The notes: generated by a model not told the origin, from the sequence alone. Numbered from the stretch's first letter, positions 8,533-19,166 are shown. The stretch: DNA of 45,801 nucleotides from Candidatus Heimdallarchaeota archaeon (GCA_030668825.1 DAOVET010000011.1:1-45801); one strand, 5' to 3'. A program made the numbers and translations.

Positions 8533-10782
8533 ATGAAAATAGAGGATCTTCCATTACCTGACATTATCAAAGAGAAATTAATCACAGAAGGAATATCCTC
8601 ACTATATCCACCACAAGAAGAAGCAATCAAAAAAGGTCTTTTTGATGGAACTAATTTAGTTGTCGCAATCCCTACAGCTTCTGGAAAAACCTTACTAGCA
8701 TTATTTGCGAGTATCAAAAAACTTACTGAAACTGGGTTGAAAACACTATACCTCTCACCTTTGAGGGCTTTGGCTTTCGAGAAATATATGGAATTCAAAT
8801 CTTTTCTTGATTTGTTAAACAAAAAAATTATTTTGCTCACTGGGGATTATGATGAGGAAGATACAAGAGCCCAATATGCTGACGTTATTATTGCTACAAA
8901 TGAAAAAATAGATTCAGCTATAAGGCATCAAGCACGATGGATTAACAAGATTGGATTAATTGTATCGGATGAAGTACACCTCATAAATGATTCATCAAGA
9001 GGTCCTACTTTAGAAGTAGTAATAGCACAATTAAGACAAGTCTGCGATGCACAGATTCTAGCTCTAAGTGCAACAATTAGAAATGCTGATCAGATAGCTA
9101 GATGGTTGGAAGCTGAGCTTGTTTCAAGTAATTGGAGGCCGGTCAAACTAAAAGAAGGAGTCCTTTTTGATAAAACCATAGTTTATGGTGATGGTACCGA
9201 GGTTACCATTCCTTCAAAGCTCAAGGATAGTTTCAATAATCTTACTGATTACATATTAAGCAAGAAAAATCAAGCATTAGTCTTTGCCACAACTAGAAAC
9301 ATGGCAGAATCTACAGCTAAGAATCTAGCTTCTAGAACAAATAAAACTCTTTCAAAAGAAGAAAAAGAGAAACTAAATGCAACGTCTTCAGAGATTCTAA
9401 ATACAGGAGAACAAACAAAACAATCACGAGGTTTAGCACAGCTTGTTAGAAATGGTGTAGCATATCATCATGCAGGATTAAATTCAGCTCAAAGAAGAAT
9501 CATTGAACATAACTTCAAGCAAGGGTATATCAAAATTATTAGCGCTACTCCGACTCTAGCTGCAGGTGTGAATCTTCCAGCAAGATATGTTATTATTAAG
9601 AGCATCTATAGATATAATGTCACATTAGGTAGCTATCCGATTCCAGTATTAGAATTTAAACAACAATCAGGAAGAGCTGGAAGACCTCAATATGACACAG
9701 AAGGGGATGCCATTGTTATTGCAAAGAATGAGTTTGATGCAACTAGTCTTTATCAAACCTATATTACCGGAGAAGCAGAAGATATTGAATCCAGAATTGC
9801 CGCAGAACCAGCCTTGCGAAAAATAGTTTTGGGGCAGATATCAACAGAGAACACTCAAACTATTGAAGAACTACATGAATTCTTTGGTCAAACGTTTTAT
9901 GGGTATCAACAAGATTCCGCAAATCTAAGTTCCATTCTTAATAAAGTTGTAAGATTCTTACAGGAAGAAGCACTAATAGTTGATGACCCAGATTATTTAA
10001 TTCCAACAAACTTTGGTAAAAGAGTAAGTCAGCTTTATATCGATCCAAAGAGTGCAATTGTAATACGAGAGGGGCTCATTAAAGGAAATATAAAATCTAA
10101 GCATTATTTAACTGACTTAAGTTTTCTCCAATTAGTTTGTTCAACTCCTGATGTTCGTTTTTTGACCATAAGAAAGGATGAACAGATTAATTTAGTCAAC
10201 TTCATAAGTGACCATGAAGAGGAGTTTTTAGCCAACCTCCCAGAAACATCATTTGATTTAGAGTTATTCATGAGTCAACTGAAAACGTCTTTAGTTTTGC
10301 AGGATTGGATTAAAGAAGTTCCTGAAGATATTATGCTAGACAGATATAGAATAGGCAGTGGAGATATCTACATGGTTGTTTCTAATGCAGAATGGCTCCT
10401 CTATGCTTCTTCTGAGATATCACAATTATTGGGTTACAAGGATATGGCTAAGCAAATTTCAGCTGTTCATAATCGAGTGATAAATGGAATAAAACAAGAA
10501 TTACTAGACCTGGTTCAGATTCCAGGAATAGGAAGAATGAGAGCGAGAATACTTTATGATAAGGGGTATAAAACAAAAGAAATTCTGAAAGAAACAAATC
10601 CAAATGAGATTATGAAGATTTCTGGTTTTGGTAAAGAACTAGTTAAGAACATCTTTTCTCATCTTTTAGGTGATGGTTTTTCAGGAACTGAACTTGCAGA
10701 AGACTCTAAGCAAGAAGAACAGGCAGAAGAAGATTATAATACAATACCTCCTCAAAAATTACTAGATGATTTTTTTTCCTAG
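8533..10782 (+). CDS. hel308: Hel308/Hjm Ski2-like SF2 DNA helicase
   Basis: PTASGKT, DEVH, LSAT, YHHAGL, TLAAGVNLP and GRAGRP motifs; HhH IPGIGR; C-terminal PIP box QKLLDDFF. Confidence 0.95.
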   Translation: MKIEDLPLPDIIKEKLITEGISSLYPPQEEAIKKGLFDGTNLVVAIPTASGKTLLALFASIKKLTETGLKTLYLSPLRALAFEKYMEFKSFLDLLNKKIILLTGDYDEEDTRAQYADVIIATNEKIDSAIRHQARWINKIGLIVSDEVHLINDSSRGPTLEVVIAQLRQVCDAQILALSATIRNADQIARWLEAELVSSNWRPVKLKEGVLFDKTIVYGDGTEVTIPSKLKDSFNNLTDYILSKKNQALVFATTRNMAESTAKNLASRTNKTLSKEEKEKLNATSSEILNTGEQTKQSRGLAQLVRNGVAYHHAGLNSAQRRIIEHNFKQGYIKIISATPTLAAGVNLPARYVIIKSIYRYNVTLGSYPIPVLEFKQQSGRAGRPQYDTEGDAIVIAKNEFDATSLYQTYITGEAEDIESRIAAEPALRKIVLGQISTENTQTIEELHEFFGQTFYGYQQDSANLSSILNKVVRFLQEEALIVDDPDYLIPTNFGKRVSQLYIDPKSAIVIREGLIKGNIKSKHYLTDLSFLQLVCSTPDVRFLTIRKDEQINLVNFISDHEEEFLANLPETSFDLELFMSQLKTSLVLQDWIKEVPEDIMLDRYRIGSGDIYMVVSNAEWLLYASSEISQLLGYKDMAKQISAVHNRVINGIKQELLDLVQIPGIGRMRARILYDKGYKTKEILKETNPNEIMKISGFGKELVKNIFSHLLGDGFSGTELAEDSKQEEQAEEDYNTIPPQKLLDDFFS

Positions 10783-10819
10783 AGTAAAATAATTTAAAAG
10801 GATTGAATTTAGAGTACTA

Positions 10820-11392
10820 GTGGTAACATTGACTTCTGATAATAAATCTTTAACTGAGTTGGAAAGAATCCAATATGATTTTGAAGACTTTGATATTCCA
10901 GTAAAATGCCTGAAAACTATGGAAGAGTTTGACATAGGTGCTAGAAAAGTAAAATTGGTAAAGGGATTGAAAATCAAAATACCTTTTTGGTTAGCCACAT
11001 TTCTGCAAAAAGAAGGATATGTTGAATTGGAAGAAATAGGTGAATTAGATTTTCCTGAACTCTACAGGTTAGCCATAAAGGAAGGAGAAAATATCGATCT
11101 TCAGAAGATTAACAATTTCTTCTATATTCTCATGAAACAATTGTTTGATGATTACGAGAAAAAGGGCAAAGCTGCTCCCTATCGTCAAAAAGAATCCCTT
11201 GAAATAAAACTTAGAGATATAATGACGATGCGATTATCAAAAATCATCAAAATTGCAGGTAAGGGAAAAAATATCACAACCCAAATCAGAAACATGTCAC
11301 CTGAAGAAAAATGGTTGTATGACTCGATTTCTGAATTTATCGAAAAATGGAAAAATATGGTAAAGTCATCAACTGAAAATGAGGATATTTAA
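10820..11392 (+). CDS. gins23: GINS complex subunit, Gins23 (Psf2/Psf3-like)
   Basis: N-terminal B domain KIPFWLA..L...GYVEL; helical A domain with NFFY, RLSKI and NMSPEEK; sits in the mcm cluster. Confidence 0.8.
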   Translation: MVTLTSDNKSLTELERIQYDFEDFDIPVKCLKTMEEFDIGARKVKLVKGLKIKIPFWLATFLQKEGYVELEEIGELDFPELYRLAIKEGENIDLQKINNFFYILMKQLFDDYEKKGKAAPYRQKESLEIKLRDIMTMRLSKIIKIAGKGKNITTQIRNMSPEEKWLYDSISEFIEKWKNMVKSSTENEDI

Positions 11393-11411
11393 TTAATTAA
11401 GCAATATTTAT

Positions 11412-13046
11412 ATGTCCTATTTCGATATGCTTTATGTGCCAAAATATATTTTCGTTTGTGGAGCTTTAATTTCAGGTTTAGGTAAGGGAGTAGTAACTTC
11501 TTCTATAGGACGTAATCTCCAAGTTAGAGGAAAAACAATCAATGTTATCAAGATAGATCCGTATCTGAATATAGATGCAGGAACCATGAATCCTTACGAA
11601 CATGGCGAGACTTTTGTTACTGCAGATGGTTATGAACTTGATCTTGATATGGGGACTTATGAAAGATTTCTCAATCTTGAAATGAAAGGTGACCAAAATA
11701 TTACCACAGGTCAAGTTTATCACAGTGTTATTGAACGAGAGAGAAAGGGAGATTTCTTAGGGAAAACTGTTCAAGTTATTCCACATATAACAGATGAAAT
11801 TAAAAGAAGAATAAAAGCTATTGCTGAAAGAGATTCTGATATGGATTCACTTATAATAGAGGTAGGAGGAACGATAGGTGATATTGAAAGTCAGCCCTTT
11901 CTTGAAGCTATTAGGCAACTACGCCGTGAAGTACCAAGAGAGGATTTCCTTATAGTGTTAGTAACTTATATTCTGGAACCTCCAAATCTAAAAGAGCAAA
12001 AAACCAAACCTACACAACATGCGGTTCGTGAAATGCAATCTTCAGGCTTAAGCCCGGATATTATTATCACAAGGGGTTCTCATGATTTAACTGATAGTGC
12101 AAAACAAAAAATTGTTATGTTTTGTGACGTTCCAGCAAATGCAGTATTTTCACTCCCAGATTTAGATACAGTTCTTGCAGCTCCAATCTACTTAGATAAG
12201 CAAGGGTTTGGTTCCACTCTGAATCTTAAACTTAGATATGAAGATGTTGTTGCAGATTGGTCTGAAGATGAAAGACTAGTAAAGATTCATACAACTGCTG
12301 AAAAAACAGTAAAGATAGCTTTAACAGGCAAGTATGCAGAATTGGTAGATTCATATATTAGCGTAAAAGAAGCTTTGAATCATGCAGCAGCTCATAATAA
12401 TGTGAAGGTAAGCATTAACTTCATCTCAACTGAAGAATATGAAGAGAACCCTGACAGAATAACAGAATTAACAAAATATGATGGTGTTCTTGTTCCAGGA
12501 GGATTTGGTTCTAGAGGTGTAAAGGGAAAAATAGCAGTTATCAAATATCTAAGAGAGAATAATGTTCCATTTTTAGGAATTTGTTATGGATTTCAGCTAG
12601 CTACAATAGAATACGCCAGAAATGTCTGCAACTTATCTGATGCAAATTCAACAGAAATTGATTCTGCTACATCTCATCCTGTGATAGACATTCTTCCTGA
12701 ACAAAGGCAAATTACTGATTTAGGAGGAACCATGAGACTAGGGAAACATAAAATACTTCTAGAAAAAGGATCAAAATTTGAGAAAATGTATGAAAGCACT
12801 ATCATCTATGAAAGACACAGACATAGATATGAAGTGAATCCTGAATATATAGAAACTCTTAGTGAAAATGGTCTTATTTTCTCTGGAAAATCTGAAGACG
12901 GTATTCGTATGGAGACAATTGAACTACCAAAACATCCGTGTTTCATAGCTGTACAGTTTCACCCAGAATTTCAATCCCGCCCCATTAATCCTTCACCACC
13001 ATATTTTGAGTTTGTGAAAGCTGCTAGAGCTAGAATGTTAAATTGA
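11412..13046 (+). CDS. pyrG: CTP synthase
   Basis: SGLGKG, KIDPYLN.DAGTM.P.EHGE, KTKPTQ, GICYG, ERHRHRYE and QFHPE motifs. Real start may be the GTG at 11436. Confidence 0.98.
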   Translation: MSYFDMLYVPKYIFVCGALISGLGKGVVTSSIGRNLQVRGKTINVIKIDPYLNIDAGTMNPYEHGETFVTADGYELDLDMGTYERFLNLEMKGDQNITTGQVYHSVIERERKGDFLGKTVQVIPHITDEIKRRIKAIAERDSDMDSLIIEVGGTIGDIESQPFLEAIRQLRREVPREDFLIVLVTYILEPPNLKEQKTKPTQHAVREMQSSGLSPDIIITRGSHDLTDSAKQKIVMFCDVPANAVFSLPDLDTVLAAPIYLDKQGFGSTLNLKLRYEDVVADWSEDERLVKIHTTAEKTVKIALTGKYAELVDSYISVKEALNHAAAHNNVKVSINFISTEEYEENPDRITELTKYDGVLVPGGFGSRGVKGKIAVIKYLRENNVPFLGICYGFQLATIEYARNVCNLSDANSTEIDSATSHPVIDILPEQRQITDLGGTMRLGKHKILLEKGSKFEKMYESTIIYERHRHRYEVNPEYIETLSENGLIFSGKSEDGIRMETIELPKHPCFIAVQFHPEFQSRPINPSPPYFEFVKAARARMLN

Positions 13047-13109
13047 TTTAGAAGTAAAACTACTGCTTTTTAAATGGAAAAATGGATATTAGTAGTAGTG
13101 ATTAGATAA

Positions 13110-14264
13110 ATGGCAGTTAAAAATACTATAGATGAAGCCATTGATGACATCTCAAAAAGGATAAGAACCTATAATGAACATAGGAAGTTGTTTCAGGATC
13201 TCTTCAGACAAGTTAAGGATAAGCTCAATCCTTCTGAGTTTCCTCCAGCTTTTGATATCAAAACTTCAGATAATCTTTTCACAGTGAAAGTTCCTAAAAC
13301 AAATATAGATGGTTTGAAAATTGCAGGAATTGATGGTGGCGTCATTCATAGATCATTAAATTATTTTGACATCGCATTAATACGTGCAGTAGGAGTGTTG
13401 TTTTATCACAGAAAAGATAGCAAACCATTAGTAAGATATATCCCTGAAGAGCAACCTTTTCCAGATATCCTTACAAGTATTGAACCTTTATCACAAAATG
13501 AAATTGAAAGCCTTATTTCAATTTGGAGGATGCAGAAAGAGATAAGGTGTGGAATTGACCTTCTTGAAGAAGATCATCCAGACATCATTATCCTCGATGG
13601 TTCTGTACTTCCTGTAATTGATCTTCGTCAAATCAGTCAAAGTGAATTTCTAGTTAGCCAATATAAGAAGCTTAAAGCTCAATACAGAAGACTATACACT
13701 CTATGTCAGAAAAATCGTACTGCTTTATGTGGAGTAGTCAAGGATTCTCGTTCAGCTATACTAACAAAAAAATTATCTGCTATTTTACCACATTTAAGCA
13801 AATTACCAGAATTCAGCAAACTGGTTGAAATAGATTACAGACCTATTGTAAAACAATTAAGAGATACTGATCTGCTCTATCAAGTTCTAGATACCAACGA
13901 AAGAACTTTTGAGTTTCTGTTATCAAATTTCAATGATGAATCAGATAAGGATCTTCCAGATTTTAATATTCATTGTTTCTACATGAAAACTGCAGAATTT
14001 GATACTCCTTTAAGAGTTGAGTATCCTGTACTATTTTCAACTCAGAATGAACAAGCACAAACTATTGCATCTTTAGTTAATGCTGTTTCAAAATATAATC
14101 CAGAATATGGATTACCCAGCGTCATCATAGAAGCTGATGCTCGAGCAAGATTACAAGAAACAGATGCCGATATACTAGTTGATGAAATTGCATCAAAAAT
14201 AGGTTACACAAGCTTTTCTCTTCAAAAGAGGAGAAATAGACTTCCATTTAAAACAAGTGGTTAA
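13110..14264 (+). CDS. nurA: NurA 5'-3' nuclease
   Basis: AGIDGG, LDGS, VKDS and YGLP...EAD motifs; overlaps herA. Confidence 0.88.
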   Translation: MAVKNTIDEAIDDISKRIRTYNEHRKLFQDLFRQVKDKLNPSEFPPAFDIKTSDNLFTVKVPKTNIDGLKIAGIDGGVIHRSLNYFDIALIRAVGVLFYHRKDSKPLVRYIPEEQPFPDILTSIEPLSQNEIESLISIWRMQKEIRCGIDLLEEDHPDIIILDGSVLPVIDLRQISQSEFLVSQYKKLKAQYRRLYTLCQKNRTALCGVVKDSRSAILTKKLSAILPHLSKLPEFSKLVEIDYRPIVKQLRDTDLLYQVLDTNERTFEFLLSNFNDESDKDLPDFNIHCFYMKTAEFDTPLRVEYPVLFSTQNEQAQTIASLVNAVSKYNPEYGLPSVIIEADARARLQETDADILVDEIASKIGYTSFSLQKRRNRLPFKTSG

Positions 14265-15759
14265 AATGTCAAAAAAGAATATAGGTACAGTTATTGTTGA
14301 TGAAGATAATTCACCAAATCCTGAACAATTCAGCTTTGTTTTAACAAAAACAGAAGAAGAGTTCCAATTACAAAAGGGGATGTATGTAATCGTTCCAACC
14401 GAGGATGGAGAGGTTCTAGCTAATGTCACTGAACTTTACAAAACTAATAGATATTTCTCTTCCCCTTCTGCAGTAAGAGCTTATGAAACTAGTGGTAAAA
14501 CCTTAGCTTCTATTTTTCCCGCAGATAGATGGGAATATATTATTGCAAAAGCTAAACCTTTAGGAATAATAACAGAGATTGGTATTCAAAGATTATTATT
14601 TCCAGTTTCTCCAGGAGAAAACGTTTCAATTCCAGATAATGAAATTTTGATAAAATTTCTAGGTTTAGAAAAAGAAAATGGATTAAACATTGGGAAGATA
14701 GAACAGCATGATCTTACAGTCAAATTGAATCTTACAAGGTTCCTCCAAAAACATGCAGCGATACTTGCTATTTCTGGTGCGGGTAAATCATATACAGTAT
14801 CTGTTCTCCTTGAAGAATTACTTTCTAGAAAAACTGATCAGGGCAGGGTAGCAATCGTTCTTTTCGATGTTCATGGAGAATATAAAGGATTTGGAGATGA
14901 AAAATCACCATTTTTCAAAAATGTTAATGTCTTTCCTGGTGGATTAATACAATTTGCAACTTCTTCAATGTCTGCTAGACAATTTGCGATTTATCAGCCC
15001 CAAATAACAACTGCTCAATCAAGGGATTTATCCAAACTCTTATCCCAGTTCTATCATGACAAAGTTAAACAAGGTGAAAGCTATTTAATCGGAGATATAA
15101 TTGATGAACTCGACAAAAATGAACAAATGAATACTAGAAGTAAAGAAGCATTGATAGGTTGGCTTTTCTCTCTTGAAAATACTCGTTTGTTTGGAGCAGC
15201 AGAAAATCCAGATCTAAAAAATATTTTGAAACCAGGAAAAATCACAATATTTGATTTGAGTGATTTTACAAGTATAAAACTGAAACAAATGATAGTTAGC
15301 TACTTACTATTCAGGATTTTTGAAATGAGGAAGAAAAACGAAGTTCCCCCAACAACTGTTATATTGGAGGAAGCTCATCAATTTGTTCCTGAAGCTCGTT
15401 TAGAATTAGCTATATCTAAATCTATTATTGAAACAATAGCTAGAGAAGGAAGAAAATTCTTCACATCGTTAATACTTGTTAGTCAAAGACCAGTGAAACT
15501 TTCTACAACAGCTCTCAGCCAATGTAATACGCATGTTATAATGAGAATACTCAATCCTTACGATTTAGACTATATTGGTAGATCATCAGAGGGAATTGAC
15601 AGATCAACCATGAATTCAATAACCTCGTTAGAAGTAGGAGAAGCTATTATAGTAGGAAATGCAGTTAATCATCCAATTTTTGTAAAAGTTCGAAAAAGGA
15701 AAACAACAACTTTAGAAACTAGAACTTTAGAAGAATCGGCCAAGAACTTTGAAGCATAA
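14257..15759 (+). CDS. herA: HerA/FtsK-family bipolar helicase
   Basis: N-terminal HAS barrel; H.AILAISGAGKS, DVHGEY, LEEAH, IAREGRKF and SQRP motifs. Confidence 0.93.
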   Translation: MVKMSKKNIGTVIVDEDNSPNPEQFSFVLTKTEEEFQLQKGMYVIVPTEDGEVLANVTELYKTNRYFSSPSAVRAYETSGKTLASIFPADRWEYIIAKAKPLGIITEIGIQRLLFPVSPGENVSIPDNEILIKFLGLEKENGLNIGKIEQHDLTVKLNLTRFLQKHAAILAISGAGKSYTVSVLLEELLSRKTDQGRVAIVLFDVHGEYKGFGDEKSPFFKNVNVFPGGLIQFATSSMSARQFAIYQPQITTAQSRDLSKLLSQFYHDKVKQGESYLIGDIIDELDKNEQMNTRSKEALIGWLFSLENTRLFGAAENPDLKNILKPGKITIFDLSDFTSIKLKQMIVSYLLFRIFEMRKKNEVPPTTVILEEAHQFVPEARLELAISKSIIETIAREGRKFFTSLILVSQRPVKLSTTALSQCNTHVIMRILNPYDLDYIGRSSEGIDRSTMNSITSLEVGEAIIVGNAVNHPIFVKVRKRKTTTLETRTLEESAKNFEA

Positions 15760-15785
15760 TTAAAAAGTTTGGATAATTATTAAAC

Positions 15786-15800
15786 GCAAGCTTTTTAAAT
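15786..15800 (+). promoter_or_regulatory. Probable BRE/TATA promoter of the Sm gene
   Basis: GCAAGC followed by TTTTTAAA about 50 nt upstream of the ATG at 15846. Confidence 0.35.
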
Positions 15801-15845
15801 TACAAGCTTCCCGTCGAGATATATCAAATTAAGTTTGTGTAGATT

Positions 15846-16079
15846 ATGAGTAGCATTCCCATTAACACACTTAGAAAGGTAATTGGCCAATATATAATCA
15901 TTAGATTAAAAGATAACGTGAAATATAAAGGTAAACTACAAAGTTTTGACCAATATATGAACTGTCACTTGAGTGACGCAATTGAAATAATTGCAGACGA
16001 AGAAGTCTCAAGATATGGGAATATCTTTGTTAGAGGGAATAACATCCTATTAGTGCAATTAGCAGTGGATGAGTTGTAA
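15846..16079 (+). CDS. Sm/LSm RNA-binding protein (SmAP)
   Basis: Sm1 motif GKLQSFDQYMN..L; Sm2 motif IFVRGNNI. Confidence 0.95.
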   Translation: MSSIPINTLRKVIGQYIIIRLKDNVKYKGKLQSFDQYMNCHLSDAIEIIADEEVSRYGNIFVRGNNILLVQLAVDEL

Positions 16080-16080
16080 G

Positions 16081-18219
16081 TTAATTTTCTAACTCACCAT
16101 TTTCATCTTCAAAGTGAGCTTGGTCGTTCTTTCTTCTTTTACGAGAAAAAGTTTTATCCTGTTCTGTAATTTCGATTTCTCGTTCCTTTCTATATTCATC
16201 AACTAAATTGTCCAAAAAACTTTCTTTTTTCTCTGTTATGATAAGGTCAATTTCCTTCTTAGCTTCAGAAATTAATCTATTTAGGTCATCTTCTTTTATT
16301 ATAGCAATTTCATCAATTCTAATGATCTCTACATCAGCTTGTTTAGCTATCGGTAATTGAGATTCAATAAGTTTCTTTCTTGCATTATATGAAAGGTGAT
16401 CAACATCCCCAATTACAGCTTTAATTTTGTAAGAAAATAGTTTTTCAGCTGTTTGACCTCCTCCACCTGTTGTATCGAGTATAAGAACTATATCTCCAGG
16501 TCCTAACCCATAGTTCTCAGCTGTTCTTTCAATCTCATCTTGAGTGAATTTTCTTATTACCTTAAGTGGAACCCATCCTTCATGACCTCTGAGCCAGACA
16601 ACTCTCTTCAGTTCGTCAATCCTATCTGAATATCTTTCAATTTCATTTTCCAAAAGGTTGATTCTCTCTTTGGAATGAGAGATTTGATTCTCTAAGATAA
16701 TATATACCTTCTCTCTCTGAATCTTTTCAATATATTCTGATTTATCTTCATCTAACCTAAATTGTAGATTCTCAAGTTTCTCCTCTAAAACTTTGATTTC
16801 AGAATAAAATTCCGTATTTTTGCTCCTCTCCCAATCTAATTGCTCTTGAAGGACATCAAATTCTTTCTTGAGTTCAACTACATCTAGTTCAGGTTTTTGT
16901 TCTAAGGTTGGTTTGACTATTTTTTCTTTAACAGTCTTATCACCAGTTAAGGATTGGTTTATTTCTTCAATTGCATCAGTAAGTGTTTTTCCCCTAACTA
17001 ACAAGTTTTTTATCTCATCTCTAAGAGATTTATCGTACACATCTCGATAATTTCTTTCAATTTTTTCGAATTCTGATCGAAATTTAGCATATCCTTTGTA
17101 AGCAGAAGCAAGAGAATCTCTCTGGTGAGCATTTTTTACATTAACACCTTGTTGCATTGCAAGCTTTCTAGATATCTCGTTCTTCTCTGAAACCGTCATC
17201 ACGCTTCTTGGTGTATAAAGTCTGGAGTTTAGAACAGCAGAAATTTTCTCAACATAAGCTGGATAAGGATAAACATCAACACAAATTAATGAAGGTTTAC
17301 CATAATTGGTTATTTCGCGAATTATCTGTCCTCTACTGGCTTCTCGATAACTATTAACTTTTAGTATTCTTCCATTCAAATCCATAATTGATAATCCAAT
17401 TGTTAAACCGGGATCTATCCCAACAATTAATCTTCTCAAAGAGGATTTTATTTGTACTTGTTGAGATAGAGGGATGAATTCTACTCTTTCTTTATTAACA
17501 GGATAAATATTAACTCGACAGAGTTCTCCCCTCCGTTTTTTTACAATCTTTGTTATCTCAGAGATTGGAGAGTACACACTAAATACAACTTTTTGAGCTC
17601 CAAATTTACTTTTAGTTACGTTCTTATCGAAATCAAATCTTCTCTCAATTAAATTACTTTCTATATTCTTCGCTTCTTGGTTGATTGCTGTATCATACAG
17701 CCTACTATAGCGTTTTTGTGACCAACCTCCAGATCCTTTAGATCTTGATCTAGATACAATAATCTTTGTTTCATTCTCAAAAGGTTCAACAATGTAACCT
17801 AATTTTCTACTCGCTAAAATAGCACACGCTTCTGCTGCAACTAGTGGAAAAAGTTTCCCAGAAACATTCAAACCATGCTGTTTCATTAGCTTAGTGAGAG
17901 GAGTAAAACCATGAATAGGAGATCCTGTTATTTGAACTAGTTTTGTATTAGGTTGAAGTTGAAGACATAAATGAGGAATTTGAGATGGGTTCTTAACTAA
18001 TTCATAGATATTATCGCTAGCAAGATAGTGAGCCTGAGAACTTCTGACTATACCTATCAATTTCTGTAAGTTAACCTTTTCATATTTCTGAATTATAATA
18101 TTATTTGCTCCATCATAAACGCAAACTGAGTATTTGGCTATCTTAGAAGGCGATGATTGAGGTAAGATATCAACACCAACACTAATGATTTCAGAATCAG
18201 AAATTTCAATCACCTTCAT
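16081..18219 (-). CDS. DUF460/COG2433 protein (RNase H-like domains plus coiled coil)
   Basis: VGVDI, LASDNIYEL, GGWSQ.RY, IVGIDPG and HQRDSLA motifs; long heptad region; LD..GGG C-terminal domain. Confidence 0.85.
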   Translation of the reverse strand: MKVIEISDSEIISVGVDILPQSSPSKIAKYSVCVYDGANNIIIQKYEKVNLQKLIGIVRSSQAHYLASDNIYELVKNPSQIPHLCLQLQPNTKLVQITGSPIHGFTPLTKLMKQHGLNVSGKLFPLVAAEACAILASRKLGYIVEPFENETKIIVSRSRSKGSGGWSQKRYSRLYDTAINQEAKNIESNLIERRFDFDKNVTKSKFGAQKVVFSVYSPISEITKIVKKRRGELCRVNIYPVNKERVEFIPLSQQVQIKSSLRRLIVGIDPGLTIGLSIMDLNGRILKVNSYREASRGQIIREITNYGKPSLICVDVYPYPAYVEKISAVLNSRLYTPRSVMTVSEKNEISRKLAMQQGVNVKNAHQRDSLASAYKGYAKFRSEFEKIERNYRDVYDKSLRDEIKNLLVRGKTLTDAIEEINQSLTGDKTVKEKIVKPTLEQKPELDVVELKKEFDVLQEQLDWERSKNTEFYSEIKVLEEKLENLQFRLDEDKSEYIEKIQREKVYIILENQISHSKERINLLENEIERYSDRIDELKRVVWLRGHEGWVPLKVIRKFTQDEIERTAENYGLGPGDIVLILDTTGGGGQTAEKLFSYKIKAVIGDVDHLSYNARKKLIESQLPIAKQADVEIIRIDEIAIIKEDDLNRLISEAKKEIDLIITEKKESFLDNLVDEYRKEREIEITEQDKTFSRKRRKNDQAHFEDENGELEN

Positions 18220-19112
18220 TTATTTCCTACAACATATTCTATAACAGTTTCTACTTCATCTGTAGTAATCCCCCATTTTTTCCCAAAATAGTCTAAGAGA
18301 TGGGTAAAGTCTCTTCTTAAAAGAACAGTAGCTTCAGGATGATCTGTTTGAACAGCTTGGGGGAAGTCAATAACTGTTATCTTTCCATTTTCTTCATCAT
18401 ACATAATATTGAATTCTGTTAAATCCGCATGTACTATGTCAAATTCCTGGTAAAGAGTTTTTGCAAATTCTATTATTCTTTCGAGAGTTTTAATTGGTTT
18501 CTTAATATGTTGCACATTTACAAGTTCTTTACCTTCAACAAAGTCCATTGCGATGATGTGTCTATTATGTCCTTTAACATTAGGTATAGGTAGATTGTTA
18601 CCCTTTAAATCTTCTAGAATCTTGTATTCTCTTTTAGCTGCAATTTCAGCAATTGAGAACATTGAATAGTGAAATCTGTTAACAAGAAAATCTCTTTTTT
18701 TCTTTATTTGTTGGAAACTAGCTCTACCTGTTCGATTGATCTTAATTATTATTTCATTTTCTTCAAAATCAATTGCATGGTAAATGTCGCTCTCTTTTCC
18801 TACTCCCCTAGTTTGCCCTACACCAAAAACTATTTTCTTATTGTAGAGTGTATTGAGTGCCAAAGCATCAAATCCTGACAAAGTTAAGGAATAACCAACA
18901 AATTGTCCTTTCCATCTGCGAGTCAACTTCATTTTATTCAATTTAGATAAGATTAGATCAACATCTTTTGCTCTATAACCTGAATAAATGACAATTTTAT
19001 CTACGGGAGCATACTCTCCTTTTCGAAGAAGCGTCTCAATCATATTCAAAACCCTAAAATCCATATTTGAGAGGTCTTTCAGCACTTTTGCTCCACGCAG
19101 TTTTATTGGCAT
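18216..19112 (-). CDS. rio2: RIO2-type atypical Ser/Thr kinase
   Basis: N-terminal winged helix (GY.LT..GFDALAL), GVGKESDIY, HADLTEFNI and IDFPQ. Start trimmed to the ATG at 19112 because the longer call overlaps the divergent gene. Confidence 0.92.
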   Translation of the reverse strand: MPIKLRGAKVLKDLSNMDFRVLNMIETLLRKGEYAPVDKIVIYSGYRAKDVDLILSKLNKMKLTRRWKGQFVGYSLTLSGFDALALNTLYNKKIVFGVGQTRGVGKESDIYHAIDFEENEIIIKINRTGRASFQQIKKKRDFLVNRFHYSMFSIAEIAAKREYKILEDLKGNNLPIPNVKGHNRHIIAMDFVEGKELVNVQHIKKPIKTLERIIEFAKTLYQEFDIVHADLTEFNIMYDEENGKITVIDFPQAVQTDHPEATVLLRRDFTHLLDYFGKKWGITTDEVETVIEYVVGNK

Positions 19113-19166
19113 CAATATGTTGTAAGAGTATGACTTAAAATTCTTTTCTTTCTTATATTTATTTGA

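Noticed and set aside
13110-15759. HerA-based anti-phage defence system
   Set aside because: The partner is canonical NurA and the context is housekeeping.
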